In this document: piece by piece, positions 63,925-64,000 of the stretch
Layout: each line of letters begins with the position of its first letter
Position numbering within the stretch: position 1 is the first letter of the stretch
DNA from: the human T2T-CHM13v2.0 reference genome, Homo sapiens
Assembly (NCBI RefSeq): GCF_009914755.1
Contig: NC_060926.1
Direction: 5' to 3' (one strand)
Length of the DNA: 64,000 nt
Notes under the pieces: model-generated
Databases searched by the model: none
Told to the model about the DNA's origin: nothing
What the model saw: only the letters and a program-made list of their open reading frames with translations
Translations under genes and position numbers: made by a program

Positions 63925-64000
63925 TGGTGGAATCTGCAAGTGGATATTTGTCTAGCTTTGAGGATTGCGTTGGAAACGGGATTACATTTAAAAAGCAGAC

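Larger units (their letters stand above)
1..64000 (+). repeat. Alpha-satellite HOR array, ~680-bp tetramer of ~170-bp monomers (SF2-type; probably chr2 D2Z1/S2C2H1L), interrupted only by three L1 cassettes
   Basis: The same ORF recurs every 678-680 bp. Four distinguishable monomers share 'tttgaaacactctttttgt'. CENP-B boxes fall every ~340 bp, and most units carry one XbaI site (tctaga) at the m3/m4 junction. Alphoid identity is essentially certain; the D2Z1 assignment is recalled (680-bp XbaI tetramer) and less certain (~0.8). Confidence 0.97.

Noticed and set aside
1-64000. CRISPR-like regularly spaced repeats
   Set aside because: The intervening sequences are themselves repeated monomers, not unique spacers. 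There are no cas genes and the DNA is human satellite.

Overview
Human centromeric alpha-satellite DNA. Almost the whole window is one unidirectional array of a ~680-bp, 4-monomer higher-order repeat (HOR), with CENP-B boxes in alternate monomers. It is most consistent with the SF2 chromosome-2 array D2Z1 (S2C2H1L), but the chromosome call is from recall. Monomer labels used here: m1 'gcaatgtcagaaactttttcatg..' (box), m2 'gcattcccagaaacttctttg..', m3 'gcattctcagaaacttatttg..' (box), m4 'gcattctcagaagcttcattgg..'. There are no protein-coding genes; the ~71-aa ORFs are satellite artefacts. The array is interrupted three times (about 16.9, 29.2 and 35.5 kb) by the same minus-strand cassette: a 649-bp 5'-truncated L1Hs-Ta (Ta-0-type) fragment, its own short A-tail, an 85-bp 3' transduction with AATAAA, and a second A-tail. 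Identical junctions and shared flanking HOR variants show a single retrotransposition event later multiplied by satellite-array duplication, so it works as a built-in marker of array turnover. The window also contains 2-, 5- and 7-mer variant HORs, one of which has its undeleted ancestral state still visible. Other features are nested block duplications, conversion tracts, and clustered CENP-B box decay in the right third.
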